From: Pocillopora damicornis | Taxonomy: Eukaryota | Assembly: GCF_003704095.1 (NCBI RefSeq) | Contig: NW_020847079.1 | Coordinates: 186,001-250,000 of the forward strand | Length of the DNA: 64,000 nucleotides | Reading direction: 5' to 3' | Part shown: one piece after another, positions 25,856 to 37,296 of the stretch | Layout of the letters: the number at the start of each line of letters is the position of its first letter | Numbering within the stretch: position 1 is the stretch's first letter | Made by a program: the position numbers and the translations under genes | The notes under the pieces: model-generated | Databases searched by the model: none | What the model was told of the DNA's origin: nothing | What the model saw: only the letters and a program-made list of their open reading frames with translations

Positions 25856-26804
25856 TAATAATTATTTGTTGTAGATCCATCCCTGATAGGGATGGAAATA
25901 TTTTGATATACATAGTAAGTAGAAGTTATTAGAATGAAAAAAAAGGTAATAAAATGGAAGGGTAGAGAATTTCAATATGTGAATGTGAGAAGTATCCATT
26001 GTGAATAAACTTTTATTTAATATTTTATCAAAAGTAAAAGATTGCACAATTTACTAGAAAAGATATGGAAGGTTTATGATTGTGTAACATAATAATAACA
26101 AAGCCAAGAAAGTTTCAGCTGTTTATATTGAGCATTCTGCAGGAAAATTCTAATTTAAAATTTTTAAATCAACAGACCACAAAGTTCAATAAACATAATC
26201 TGAAAAATTGACTTGAAGTTTTTATTGTCCAATTCTTACAATTCCTAGTTTTTATTTACTTAACCCTTTAACTCCCAGAAGTGATTAACAAATAACTTCT
26301 CTATAAAATATCCAGACATTATTGAGCAAACAGGTAATGAGACTACTCAAACTTATCCAGTAGAAGTTGCTATCTTGATCTATCACCAAATTCTTGTAAC
26401 CAATTTACCAGAGAATGAGTAGAAGCAAGAGGGGAGAATCAACAATCAGATCTTGGGAGTTAGCGGGTTAACTGAAGAACAGGATATGAAAGACAACAAG
26501 TTCTCCAAAATACTCATTACTGATACATCCTTATAATTTTATGTCCATCCAAGCAAATCTTCATTGTTATTAGTTAAAAAGTCCCAACAATTTGAAAAGG
26601 TGACATTTATCTCATGACTCCAACTCCTCAAGAGTACATTTTATTCCAGCCCCAATCATTTCTTTGAACAAATAAAAATATCCCCTCCGATCAATAAACA
26701 ATTAAAAAATCTAACTGTCCCATAATCTTACCAAGAATGTGATCAGTATAAAACCATTGTATTTGTGTCAAACATTGCAAAAAACGCCATTTTAAATTTG
26801 AATT

Positions 26805-28827
26805 TCATGAGTAATGGAATTGCTGCATTAAGGATAAACTGCCATTTGTCATTGTATATACATTGACAATTTTCTGATTGTTTGACCACAGTCTGAACTG
26901 AATGGCAGAGAAAACTGCAATAGTTGACAAGAAGAATGCCAAAACAGCTTGCCAGGGACGTGCACCAGCACGCTGTTCCTGAAGAAACTGCATAATTTTA
27001 TCCCAGGAATCTTCTTGCTCTGACTTCCTCTGACGACTGACTTGGCGAACCAAGCGATTCCACAAGTAATCAACATCAACATTACCAAGAGAGATGATTG
27101 GCAGCATTAAAAAGAAGAGTAACAGAAATGAATGCACATATTGAAAAAAGGAAAGTGGATCAGTCTTCACAATCCACACATGCAACTCCAGAAAAAGACA
27201 GACTGTGCACAAAATTAGGTTCAGTGCAATCCAACCTGATGAAAATTCACGGAATATATGGTAGGCATCAAATGCTTCAGCCAAACGAGCTCTGCACAAA
27301 TCAATATTGTCAATATTTTCTTGAAGAAACTTTGTTACCAGTTTGATTTCCGACTCATAGCTGCAACGCAGAAGGTACACTATGTAGCAAAATCCACCAA
27401 AATTAATGTAACCTTCTACAATGACAAAAAAGTGAAGAGGAACTAAGGTTGTTAGACTAGAAAGTGTTTCATTAGCAACCATGGGCGAGACCAGCTCTGG
27501 GTCAAAATATGGTGCTGTTATCTTCAGACACTGGGTGCCCATCACAACAACACTCCCAAGAAAGAGGGCATAACCAGCAAACTGCTTATCCTTCATGTTG
27601 ACAAATCTCATCCGGTGGACAAGGAACTCTACAGCCAATGCATTTGACCAGCTCCCCATGAATACACTTGGCCATGTGGCGTGGACAACAGAAATGAAAC
27701 ATATGAATGGACCAATGTAGAGCAACAGCTTCATTCCAATCCAAGCAAGCACATGAACAATATCACAGCCAGAATTTGCATAGCTTGCAATCAACAGCAC
27801 AATGTTAGCCAATGTGACACCAGTTATAAGCAGGAGCCACATCAGTGAAAGAAATCCACTACCACAGTGGTTCAGAAATGATGAGCCTATTTCCTTGTCA
27901 GTGACAACAGTTGGCACACCCTTGTAATCCCAAGTCAGGCTGTTACACACCTTACACTGATTATCTGTGTAGTAGAAGGCAGTGTGTGTCTTTGACTTTG
28001 CACATCTGTTGCATAGTTTGGAACGAACCAGAAAACCTGAAGGGAGAAAGATAAATCAGATATAACACAACGGTATCAAAATGAACATGGAACCCATGAC
28101 ATGACTGACAAGGCATTCTGCTGTATTCAGAGCCCACAAGAATGATTAATAATTCATATGTTAACCTTAAGTGTATAACTATGTTGGTAATAATCCCTTT
28201 AACTCCCAAAAATGATTTACAAGCAACTTCTCCCTCACTAATCTATATTATCCTGAAAACAAAGTGATTAGAATAGAAATATTTGACGTTGGAAGGACAC
28301 TATTTTTTGGATAATATTACATTCTCTCAACTAATCTACAGGATATTATTATTGAAGGTAATAGGAGAATTACTAGTCAGATGACAATTAACAAGTAAAG
28401 GAAACCAAATAACAGATATTTTTAAGAAACAGGAAACATGAATGTACAGCTCAAAAAATTTAATTTCGTATGTTTAAATGGAATGACACTTATCAGGAAA
28501 CATCTTTGGTATTTTATGCCAAAAATCTGAGATCAGAGAAACTTGGCAAAAATAAAGTTTGAAGAATGCAATAGAATACCAATAGCATTAATTATAAAAA
28601 CAAGAAATATTTCATAAATATTTCAAGAAGAAGGAAACTTAAACCTTACTATGGAAGGCTTTAAAGGTAAAAAGGGAAGTTATGCCTTTACCAGAATGAT
28701 AAAGCCCCAATGTCTTCAAGTAGAACCACAATAATACTGGCCATCTTTCACCCACTTCAGTTGCTCTCAAAATGGGAACACTCACAGACTCACTACTGCC
28801 ACGGTGAATATCCAAAGCGCTGACCAT
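26805..28827 (-). CDS. Seven-TM membrane protein, gustatory-receptor-like / 7TM ion channel (7TMIC) candidate; 2 coding exons (28827-28692, 28036-26805), ~455 aa
   Basis: A phase-1 GT-AG intron joins ...LKTLGLYHS-G-FLVRSKLCNRCAK...CKVCNSLTWD in frame with the 381-aa ORF. There are seven hydrophobic segments, a long helical TM4-TM5 loop, and a C-terminal STIAVFSAIQF resembling the GR-family TYhhhhhQF motif. The gene call is strong; the family call is inference. Confidence 0.7.
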
Positions 28828-29522
28828 CTAAACGATCGAAAATAAGTGGGAAAAAGATCAGCAAATAAAATTAAACGCATTGAAAAAAAATTAAGACACT
28901 GAAAAAGAGATTAGGGAATTGCAACTTTATCAATAAGCCATAGGGTAAAAACAATTGTCAACCAGATTGAATCGGTTCTCTCAATTTTGCTCTGACTGGA
29001 ACAGAAACAACTAACTTGCTTTTATTAGAACCTTTTCCTTTTTCCGGGCAAATTTATCATCCAATCATTTATCTATTTTCAGAACATTGTCTCGCAGATT
29101 CCTGTACATAAATAGATTTAGAAGGGTGATCACGACCATTTCCTGTCACAAATTATTTTTTTTAATGTTGATTGTCCACCCAGGTAGATGGACTTGGAAA
29201 TTTTATCACTAAATATGGGCACAAATTGACCCGTTTAATACTTCGCAAACGCAAATTGCTGCTTTGAAGAGACAAAAAACAGGATTCGACTTCATGCCGT
29301 AGAAACCTCATGTTGCTTTGACATAAAGTTCTGGAAGTTCGAAACCGCCCCCTCACCTCCCGTACGACACATAAGCACGCAAAAACTCGAAGATCGCTAA
29401 GGCCTACAAATTCAACCGTATTGAAACGCGACGAAAGTAGATCTTATGCCTCGCTTTTTAAATTTGCAAAACAGTTTGAGCGAAAATGATTCAGTTTTTT
29501 GTACACACCGTTACGCAACCGT

Positions 29523-30478
29523 AACCGAGGTCAGAGTTCCACAATTATATATTTGCTTTTTTCCACCGTGACCTTTGAAGAAACATGAAGTACGTACGAT
29601 CGCTAGGACCAGCGAGGCTGAAGGTGAACGAGCATTCAACTCTAAAAGAGTCTTAACCAATAAAACGATCCTCGATCATTGCATCCACCACCAGCAATAA
29701 GCTTAGCTGTCCTCACGTCGTTAAGGTGCACGTGAAATGTTTCGTTTAGACCTGAAAATTTTAAAAATAACTACTAACCTTTTTATCAGAATTCACTGTT
29801 CCAGTCCATTCCGGCGAGGAAGACGTGGAGAAGATCGATTTATTTTGCATATTGCGACGAGAAGGTTTATTTACTACTATGCCAAGAAGCAGATCACTAA
29901 GAAAGGCAGGAGAAATGGTGTACAGTTCCCTTTGAACTTATCTCCTTACATAACGTAATAACAATCGAGAGGCTTGTCAACGGTCGTGTTATTTTGCCCA
30001 TGAGAAAACAGCAATCGATCAGAATAAGCAATGACGTAATTTTACTGATCACGCACCGAGTAGGGACCTCCAATTTCTTGAAAACTAAAAAGATGAGAAT
30101 AAAGAGAACTTCGTTTTTTTCTGTTTCCAGTGGAAAAAATGTCAAATGGAGAAAAATTGACTGGTGAAGCTTTATAGCTTGCAAAAGAAACTTCTAAGTT
30201 TTGATGCGTGTCAAGAAATTGATAAATTCTAGAATCGCACAGATCCATCAAAGATCGAGGCACGTTCGCTGCTTTCCACTTGAAATAAAAAGGTCTGTCT
30301 GAGTTTCTTTTCCTAAATCGTCCCATGAAATAAATTATTCATAAGTGGGAGAAAAAGAGTCCAATTTTCCCTAGATGACTTACCAGATCTTCACTGAATA
30401 TTATATGTCAGAGAAATCCACTCTGGAAGCAAACCGAGGTCAGAGTTCAACAATTATATATTTGCTTTTTTCCACCGT
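29523..30478 (+). promoter_or_regulatory. Duplicated 47-bp block (29523-29569 and 30432-30478) containing a DR1-like nuclear receptor element
   Basis: AACCGAGGTCAGAGTTC(C/A)ACAATTATATATTTGCTTTTTTCCACCGT, 46 of 47 bases identical. It contains AGGTCA-G-AGTTC(A/C). The regulatory role is inference. Confidence 0.45.
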
Positions 30479-30691
30479 CACACGAGCGTGATCCTGGCTT
30501 ACGTACCTGCACGCATCCGCGCGTAAACTCGCATGATACCCGCACGAGCCGCGCGCCGTTCGCGCATATTAACGCCATACCCACAAATCCTAGCGGAGTT
30601 CAGTTTCAGTTTACACGGCAGTTCTGTATAACAGATTCGAACGATTTTTAGAAATTCTGTTCCGATCTGTCGCTACAACAAACGTGTTATC

Positions 30692-33600
30692 ATGATCAAA
30701 GTCATAGCGTCGGTTGTCTGCGCCTTTGCAGCGATGCTGATGATCATTTTGAGCTTAGCCACGACCTACTGGCTGCAGTGGGTGATAGTTTCTCACAACA
30801 GAAACATCACTCATTACCGAGGTTTATTCAGACATTGTTGGGAATCAAGGGATAACGTTACAGACGAACTCATAAGCGCGGAATCTGACTGTTCCAATGA
30901 TAAGCACACGCTTCAAGATGTACTGAAATCAGGTGAGCAGTTGATTTGCCAACGTTTGAAAATGGTTACTAGTGTGAAGTAGGCGTCATACAGGTTTTTC
31001 TAGTCACTTGTGTTTTACTCCACAACCGAAAGGAGCAGCGATCGACGAAACTATCTGTCAGTGACGATTTCTTTCATTTGATTTCTGTGAGATAGCCAGA
31101 AAAAAGTTACTAATAATTGTAACTAGTGAACCACCGCGCAGTAATTTCTAAAATCATACGTATGTAAAATATTATGCGTGAAGTGAAGCGAACATAAATG
31201 AAAGTATGCATTGTAATCAAGCAGAACGCTACGTAAAGATTCTTTTCAAATTTCCATCGGCACACCCTGTGACTTCGTTCTTGGGAAAGCGAAGCTCTGA
31301 GAGAGCACGCGTTAATACTAAACAATGATCAAAGTCATAACAAGCTTTGTGAGCTGTTTAGCTGCAATTCTGTTGGGAATTTTGGCCCTTGCCACCGACT
31401 TTTGGCTAGTGTGGTGGAAAGAAGCGAAGGAAATCGGAGGTGTACAATACCACCATGAAGGCCTGTTTCAAACTTGTTCTGAATCCTCGATCAACAACAC
31501 TGTTGTTGCCGCAGATAGCTGCACTAAATTACACGATTTGGGAAGACCAGGTACATCTTTTTCTGATTTGGTATTTATAGTATGTCGAAGAAAAAATATT
31601 TGCGTGTCTTGTTTACATTTGTTTTGTTCATTACCTGACTGACTGTTAGGACATAAAATTTGCTTATAGACTCTCAACTTGACAAAGATCTCTGTAACAT
31701 CAAATTGACTTTACAGACTAACTTTTGTCAATGACAAATTTCTATTAACGTGGAGTTTAGAGATTGATTACGGCTCGAAACTTTAACTCATACCAATTAC
31801 AACCAGTTGTTTTGAATAATTATTCTAATTATGAACAGTTCTTATACATATTCTAAAGGTTTTTGGTTCTTTGTAACAATCTTTGTTGTTCAAAAAAACT
31901 TTTATGTTTCGAATTTTAGTTTAATGCCACGAGCTACCTTTAAATTATTGCCTAAAGCTTCTATATAACACATTAAACATACTCCTTTCTTAGAATACAA
32001 TCATGTTCTGGAATTTTCCGCAAATAGCGGTGATTCTTGTCAATAAATAATCTAAAGGTACAAGAGATATGATTTGCAACAGGAGGTTTTTAATTTTTCT
32101 GTTTCCTGGGACTTTCAAGTCAGTGTTGCTAAATTGATCAAGTTTTAATTTGCCACTAGCACTGGGTGAAGCATTTGAGTAAAGGCAGCACAGCTTGTAA
32201 CTGCTAAGTTAAATATTTATAGGCTTCTAGTATGATTTTAAGAAATCTTGAAAAAACAGCATAATCCGTTTTAAGTCCAGTTTTATGTGGTTTAAGTGTA
32301 ACATGCCTTTTCTTCGGTAACTTGTCCAGAAATTTTATTTGATTGAACAATTGTCCAATGCACTTTATTGTTCTTCTACAGAAGCAAATGATCTTGTTTT
32401 AATTGAATGTGTCAGTGTGTAATTTTCAGAAACTTCAGGGTTGATTTTTTGCCTAAAATATTTTATGGAGGAAGCACATATGCATTTATGTTAAAAATAA
32501 ACAGAGATATGATTGTTACAGAATCCTGCAATTGCCTACAACTATAAAGAAAGTAGTATACATCAAGTGATGCCATAACAAATAATATTCTGGCCTGAAC
32601 ATAAACAGTGATAGTGCATAGTATTACATATAATGCATTTCGATTTAACAGGAGCCTCAGTTTGCACTAAGACATGCTCTGACATTTGTGTAAAAACCTT
32701 TGTTATATTTTCCAAGAAGCAAACAAATTACAGACAGTGAAGTTCAAGGAAAACTGACCAACAACAAATGCTCATGCAAATAATGTGCAAGGAAATATAT
32801 TAAATATATTTTCCTTTTATTTGGAGGCTAGCTGATATCTTTATTATTCTAGAAACAGTCTTGTGCCTCTTGAGACCGAATATTTAAAAATGTTTTCCTG
32901 TCAAAAACATTCACTGTCTTATAATTAATCAGGAAAGGAGATTTTCCCTTCTTCTGAAACAACAGCAAACATTTTGTAATCTTGAAGTACATTTTGAACA
33001 GAGATCTCCCTGGTTTTGGATATGTTGTTTGAAAATAATAGTGAAAAAAAAGACTGGACATATCCCAGTTTTAGCTCGGACATATTCAGTCACATGCCAC
33101 TTGATAGCAACCCAACACAAATGTAGTTGATATTTTTTTGATTTACGAAATTGTGTTATGATTTACAAAATCTGTTTTATCATTTTATGATTCTGTGTAA
33201 ATAAATTTGTCTATGGGGGTCCATTAGGTTGACTGTTGACTCTGAAATTTAAAAAAAATCAAGCAGGTAGGCAGAGCAGAATTCAACCTTAGGACCTTTA
33301 TCTACTCCACACCACCATCATGTCCTGCCGTCATAAGCTTTAACCCTTTAACTCTCAAGATCCAAGTAGTTATTCTTCCAACTGACTGCTAGTTGTTTCC
33401 TTGTAAATTATACAGGAGAATTCTATGTTACATTAAGATAACAACCTCTTGCTGACAAGCTTTGCTATTCTCACAACCTGTTTTCAAGATCGTGTATTGG
33501 AATGGCAATGAGAAGTTAAAAGTTAATCAATTCTAAGAATTAAAGGGTTGACAAACATGGTTATCCATAGGAAGGGACGGAAATATTTACTGGCTCTCTA

Positions 33601-34257
33601 GCTCAAAGAATGAAAATGTTTTGAGTACTGATGGATGTTGTTTCTGTTTTTCAGACTGGAATGGAGCTGTGATTGCCTTGATGTTTCTGGCCCTTATCTG
33701 CCATTTAATTGCTTTTATCATAGCCATTGTGGCAGCAATACGAAAGGGACATCCTTTTCCATCCTTCACTGTAGGTGGATTCTTCTGTGCAGCAGGTATG
33801 CAATGACCATTAGATCTTGTTATTATCCTTTTAACTCCCAAGATCTGAATAATTCTCCTCTCCAGCTTCTAGTCATTCCCTTGTTAATTAGTTACGAGAA
33901 TTTGGTGACAGATCAAGATAACTTCTACCTGTCTAAGTTTAAGTATTCTCATTACCCGTTTGCTAGATAGTGTATGGATATTAAAGGGAGATGTTACATT
34001 TTAATCACTTCTGGGAGTTGAAGTGTTAACTTTCATGATGAAGGAGCACCTTAAGGCTTATAAAATTTGATTTTGATTTTTGTCTTAAACCATCTCCTCT
34101 ATTTTTGCATGTAGCCATTCTCGTGGTCATTGCTTTGTTGGTCTTCACATTTTTCAACTGGAAGGATGATGTGTTCTTCAGCTGGTCATATGGTGGAGGA
34201 TGGTCTACTGTGGCGTTGTCTATTATAGCATTTGTGTTAATAATGGCAGATCGCTGA
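30692..34257 (+). CDS. Claudin/PMP22/EMP-like tetraspan, isoform A (exons 30692-30932, 33655-33795, 34115-34257)
   Basis: TM1 then SLATTYWL...HYRGLFRHCW...SDC (W-GLF-C-C signature). TM2 DWNGAVIALMFLALICHLIAFIIAI, TM3, then FSWSYGGGW before TM4. Phase-1 junctions are consistent. Confidence 0.85.
31325..34257 (+). CDS. Claudin/PMP22/EMP-like tetraspan, isoform B (alternative first coding exon 31325-31550 spliced to 33655-33795, 34115-34257)
   Basis: Paralogous exon MIKVITSFVSCLAAILLGILALATDFWL...HHEGLFQTC...DSC with its own ATG and a phase-1 donor CAG|GTACAT, compatible with the same acceptor at 33655. Confidence 0.8.
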
Positions 34258-36745
34258 GGAATTGCTGAGCCCAGCTGACAAATCAAACAGCAAGTAGACC
34301 TCAAGACCAGATTGTACCAGTTGGAATTAACTTGTATTATGGACTCAAAGTCAAAAATAACAAGAACAGTTTCTAACTTAAGTGTGTAAAAATGTTATGT
34401 GAATTTGTCGCTGGGCTCAGAGCACTCTTAAATGCATATTTAATCCTTGTTTGTCATAACATAATCAACATCTTGTCCAAAAAAAATTTATTTCTAAAAG
34501 AGACTAGTTTGAAGGAAAAACAATGTTGAAAAAAGTAAATTGAAAATTGTTTTACTTGATAATGTTACCATCAAGGCATAAAAATGTTCAACAAATTACT
34601 TGGATGTCTCTTGTTAATAGTACTTTTTGCTTATGTTCCATGTTTTCTAGTTTTTATGACGGCAACACAATTCTCTTCTCCAGATAGAATTTAGACTTAA
34701 ACCTAGCAAAGTTTACTAATTGGCAACACTGATAGTTACACTTTTTGGGTATTTATTTATCGGCTTTAGCTAATAATTTTTTCATTTGATTAGAATGTAG
34801 AATTTAGAAATGTATAAGGTTAAAAATAATGCAACTAGTCCAGAACGTTTTAAGCCTAACATAAATTAGCACATAGAATTACAACTTACATAAGTTTTTA
34901 ACTAAATTTTGGATGTAAAAATTTTTCACCATGTAAGACATTTTTTTTGTTACCCATAATGCATATCAATGCATGCAAAGTATTTATGTTAGGACAATCT
35001 TGTACATAAGTAGAAATGGCTTGTTAAACTTTTTTTGTTCTGTTTTGCCTTGCTTTTTTTATTGCACATGCGAGTGAACTGTTAGTTTCCCTTTGAAAAA
35101 AATACCATAACCTTGTGTTTAAAAAGCACATTTTAGGTTATTTTGGGAATTTTTTTTAAAGGACGGTATTTCTCCCACCTCATGAATGCACAGAAAATTT
35201 AAATATATTTCAATAGGGCAAAATGTGTCTCCTTGCCTTTTGTCTGAGTGGAAAATGTGACAGTGTGGTATTGAATTGAATTTTCCAGTGACAGGGTCTC
35301 AAAATGGTTCCTTATTCTTTACAGAATATTGATTGAAGTGTCACTACAACCATTATGTTGCCTCACCTCAATAGTTGCCCTCGGCTTGATCACCAGCCGC
35401 TGTTCGTGAACGTGAGCCTGCGCTCTTCCTTCTCCCCACCCATTCTCCTTGAACGCACTCTCGGGAAAGAGCAAAGACTGGACACGAGAAAGCGGCGAAA
35501 ATCGAGCCCATAGTGGCACAAGTTTCCAATCATCGTTGCTAACTTAGCCAATTTAAGGTCTTTTACTTGCCTCAGTTAGTTGACACAGCAATACTACACC
35601 CTGTTTAAAACACTTATTTTCCATTTAATGTGCTCTTACGCGACTTCAGTGAATCTAAAATGTATGGTTCTTACCAAATTTGATGTAAACAAAATTTAAG
35701 TCTTCTTAGGAAATATCGATAATCACAAAAGATCTGCATTCTATCTTGTGGTTATCTCCACCCTGGAAATAAAGTACATCAGGTTTTTGAATGGGGTAGG
35801 GACACCTGTTTAAGCGTATCAAATACAAAAACAAACCTTTTCAAAACAGGGGTTCATCTATTGCGGGATGTTCCAAATACAACATCGTGAAACATCATAG
35901 GTTTCCCAAGTGACCAAACTAGACTCGCAAAGACACATGGAAGAAACAATGAGGAGAGGTTACGAATGCCGCCATGTGAGTAGGTCACGTTTGACCCGAG
36001 GACATTTTCTGAATTCTCCTCAGAATTCAAAGATACGAAAGAGACGCAAGCGATGAAAATACGAACGTAAGTATGAAAATAAAACGAAGATGTCTTTGGA
36101 ACGCAATATCTCAAGCAATAACCAAAAAAATTCCCGAAAGATAACCCTAAAAGTTAATAGTAAAGCCAAAAAACTTGCCAAACCACACTCATTCTATAGC
36201 GAGAAACTTTATTATGAAAATGTGCAGGATACTAAAAAAAACTATCAAAGAAAGAAACTGAAATGGATCACAATCAAAGAGAGGGGACTAAGAATGCAAG
36301 AGATACTAACGTAACAATCAAAGAGGGAAAACTAAAAATGCGCAAGATACTAACGTAACAATCAAAGAGTGGAAACAAAAACGCACGAGACTTTAACTTG
36401 AACGTAAAAATCAAAGAGAGGAAACAGAAAATGCGTAAGATAACAACGTAACAATCAAAGACAAGATACTGAAAATGCGTGCGATTCTGATGTAACAATC
36501 GAAAAGAGGAAACTAAAAATGCGCAAGATACCAACGTAACAATCAAAGCGTGGAAACAAAAACGCACGAGACTCTAACGTAACAATCAAAGAGAGGAAAC
36601 TGAAAATACGTAAGATAACGACGTAACAATCAAAGACAAGATACTGAAAATGCGTGCGATTCTGAAGTAATAATCAAATAGAGGAAACTAAAAATGCAAC
36701 AGATATACTAACGTAACGATGAAAGAGTGAAAACTAAAATGTAAA

Positions 36746-37296
36746 AGAATTTGAAGAAAGCGACAAAACTTTTGAGTCTGTAAAACATGTTCCTACAGAA
36801 ACTTCTGTCATCTTCAGTTAATTACTGTACAAAGCGTTGGAAGTTGAATTATATAGTAAGTAGAACAATGCTAATTATGATGAATAGTGACAAGAAGAAA
36901 AGAGATAAAGCATGAAAGTGTGAGAATTAAAAGGAAAGTTTTAGATTTACATGGTGTAATTGTTGATTCAAGGATGGTTGTTCTCTTTGAATGTGAATAG
37001 CCTCTTTTATCTTGCGTCTTGGAGAGCACTTAGTCAGTGACAGAGCCTCTCACATTTTCAAGCATCTGAAAGATTCTCCACATTGTCGCGCTTTGTGTTA
37101 AGCAGATAACTTCCATATTTTAGATCACGCCTCTAGCGGTTTTCTTATTGTCACTATTCATCATAATTAGCATTGTTCTACTTACCATATAATTAAACTT
37201 TCAACGCTTTGTACAGTAATTAACTGAAGATGACAGAAGTTTCTGTCGAAACATGTTTTACAGACTCAAAAGTTTTGTCGCTTTCTTTAAATTCTT
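36746..37296. mobile_element. Truncated, internally inverted Penelope-like retroelement (GIY-YIG fragment between ~155-bp inverted pLTR arms)
   Basis: Arms 36746-36900 and 37141-37296 are reverse complements. The spacer encodes EHLVSDRASHIFKHLKDSPHCRALC*ADNFHILDHASSGF on + (37024-37143) and its continuation KIKEAIHIQREQPSLNQQLHHVNLKLSF* on - (37013-36927), typical of a PLE GIY-YIG C-terminus. Confidence 0.8.
37215..37266 (+). ncRNA. Minimal type-I hammerhead ribozyme motif (PLE-associated)
   Basis: UAA-CUGAAGA-U-[GACAGA aguu UCUGUC]-GAAA-CAU-GUU-UUA. It has an intact CUGANGA and GAAA, a 6-bp stem II, a palindromic stem III (AAACAUGUUU), an NUH triplet GUU, and stem I UAA/UUA plus AGU/ACU. 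Confidence 0.7.

Noticed and set aside
36268-36745. Regularly spaced repeats resembling a CRISPR array
   Set aside because: The 'spacers' are homologous to each other (a tandem 44-bp satellite), the context is eukaryotic, and no cas genes are present.
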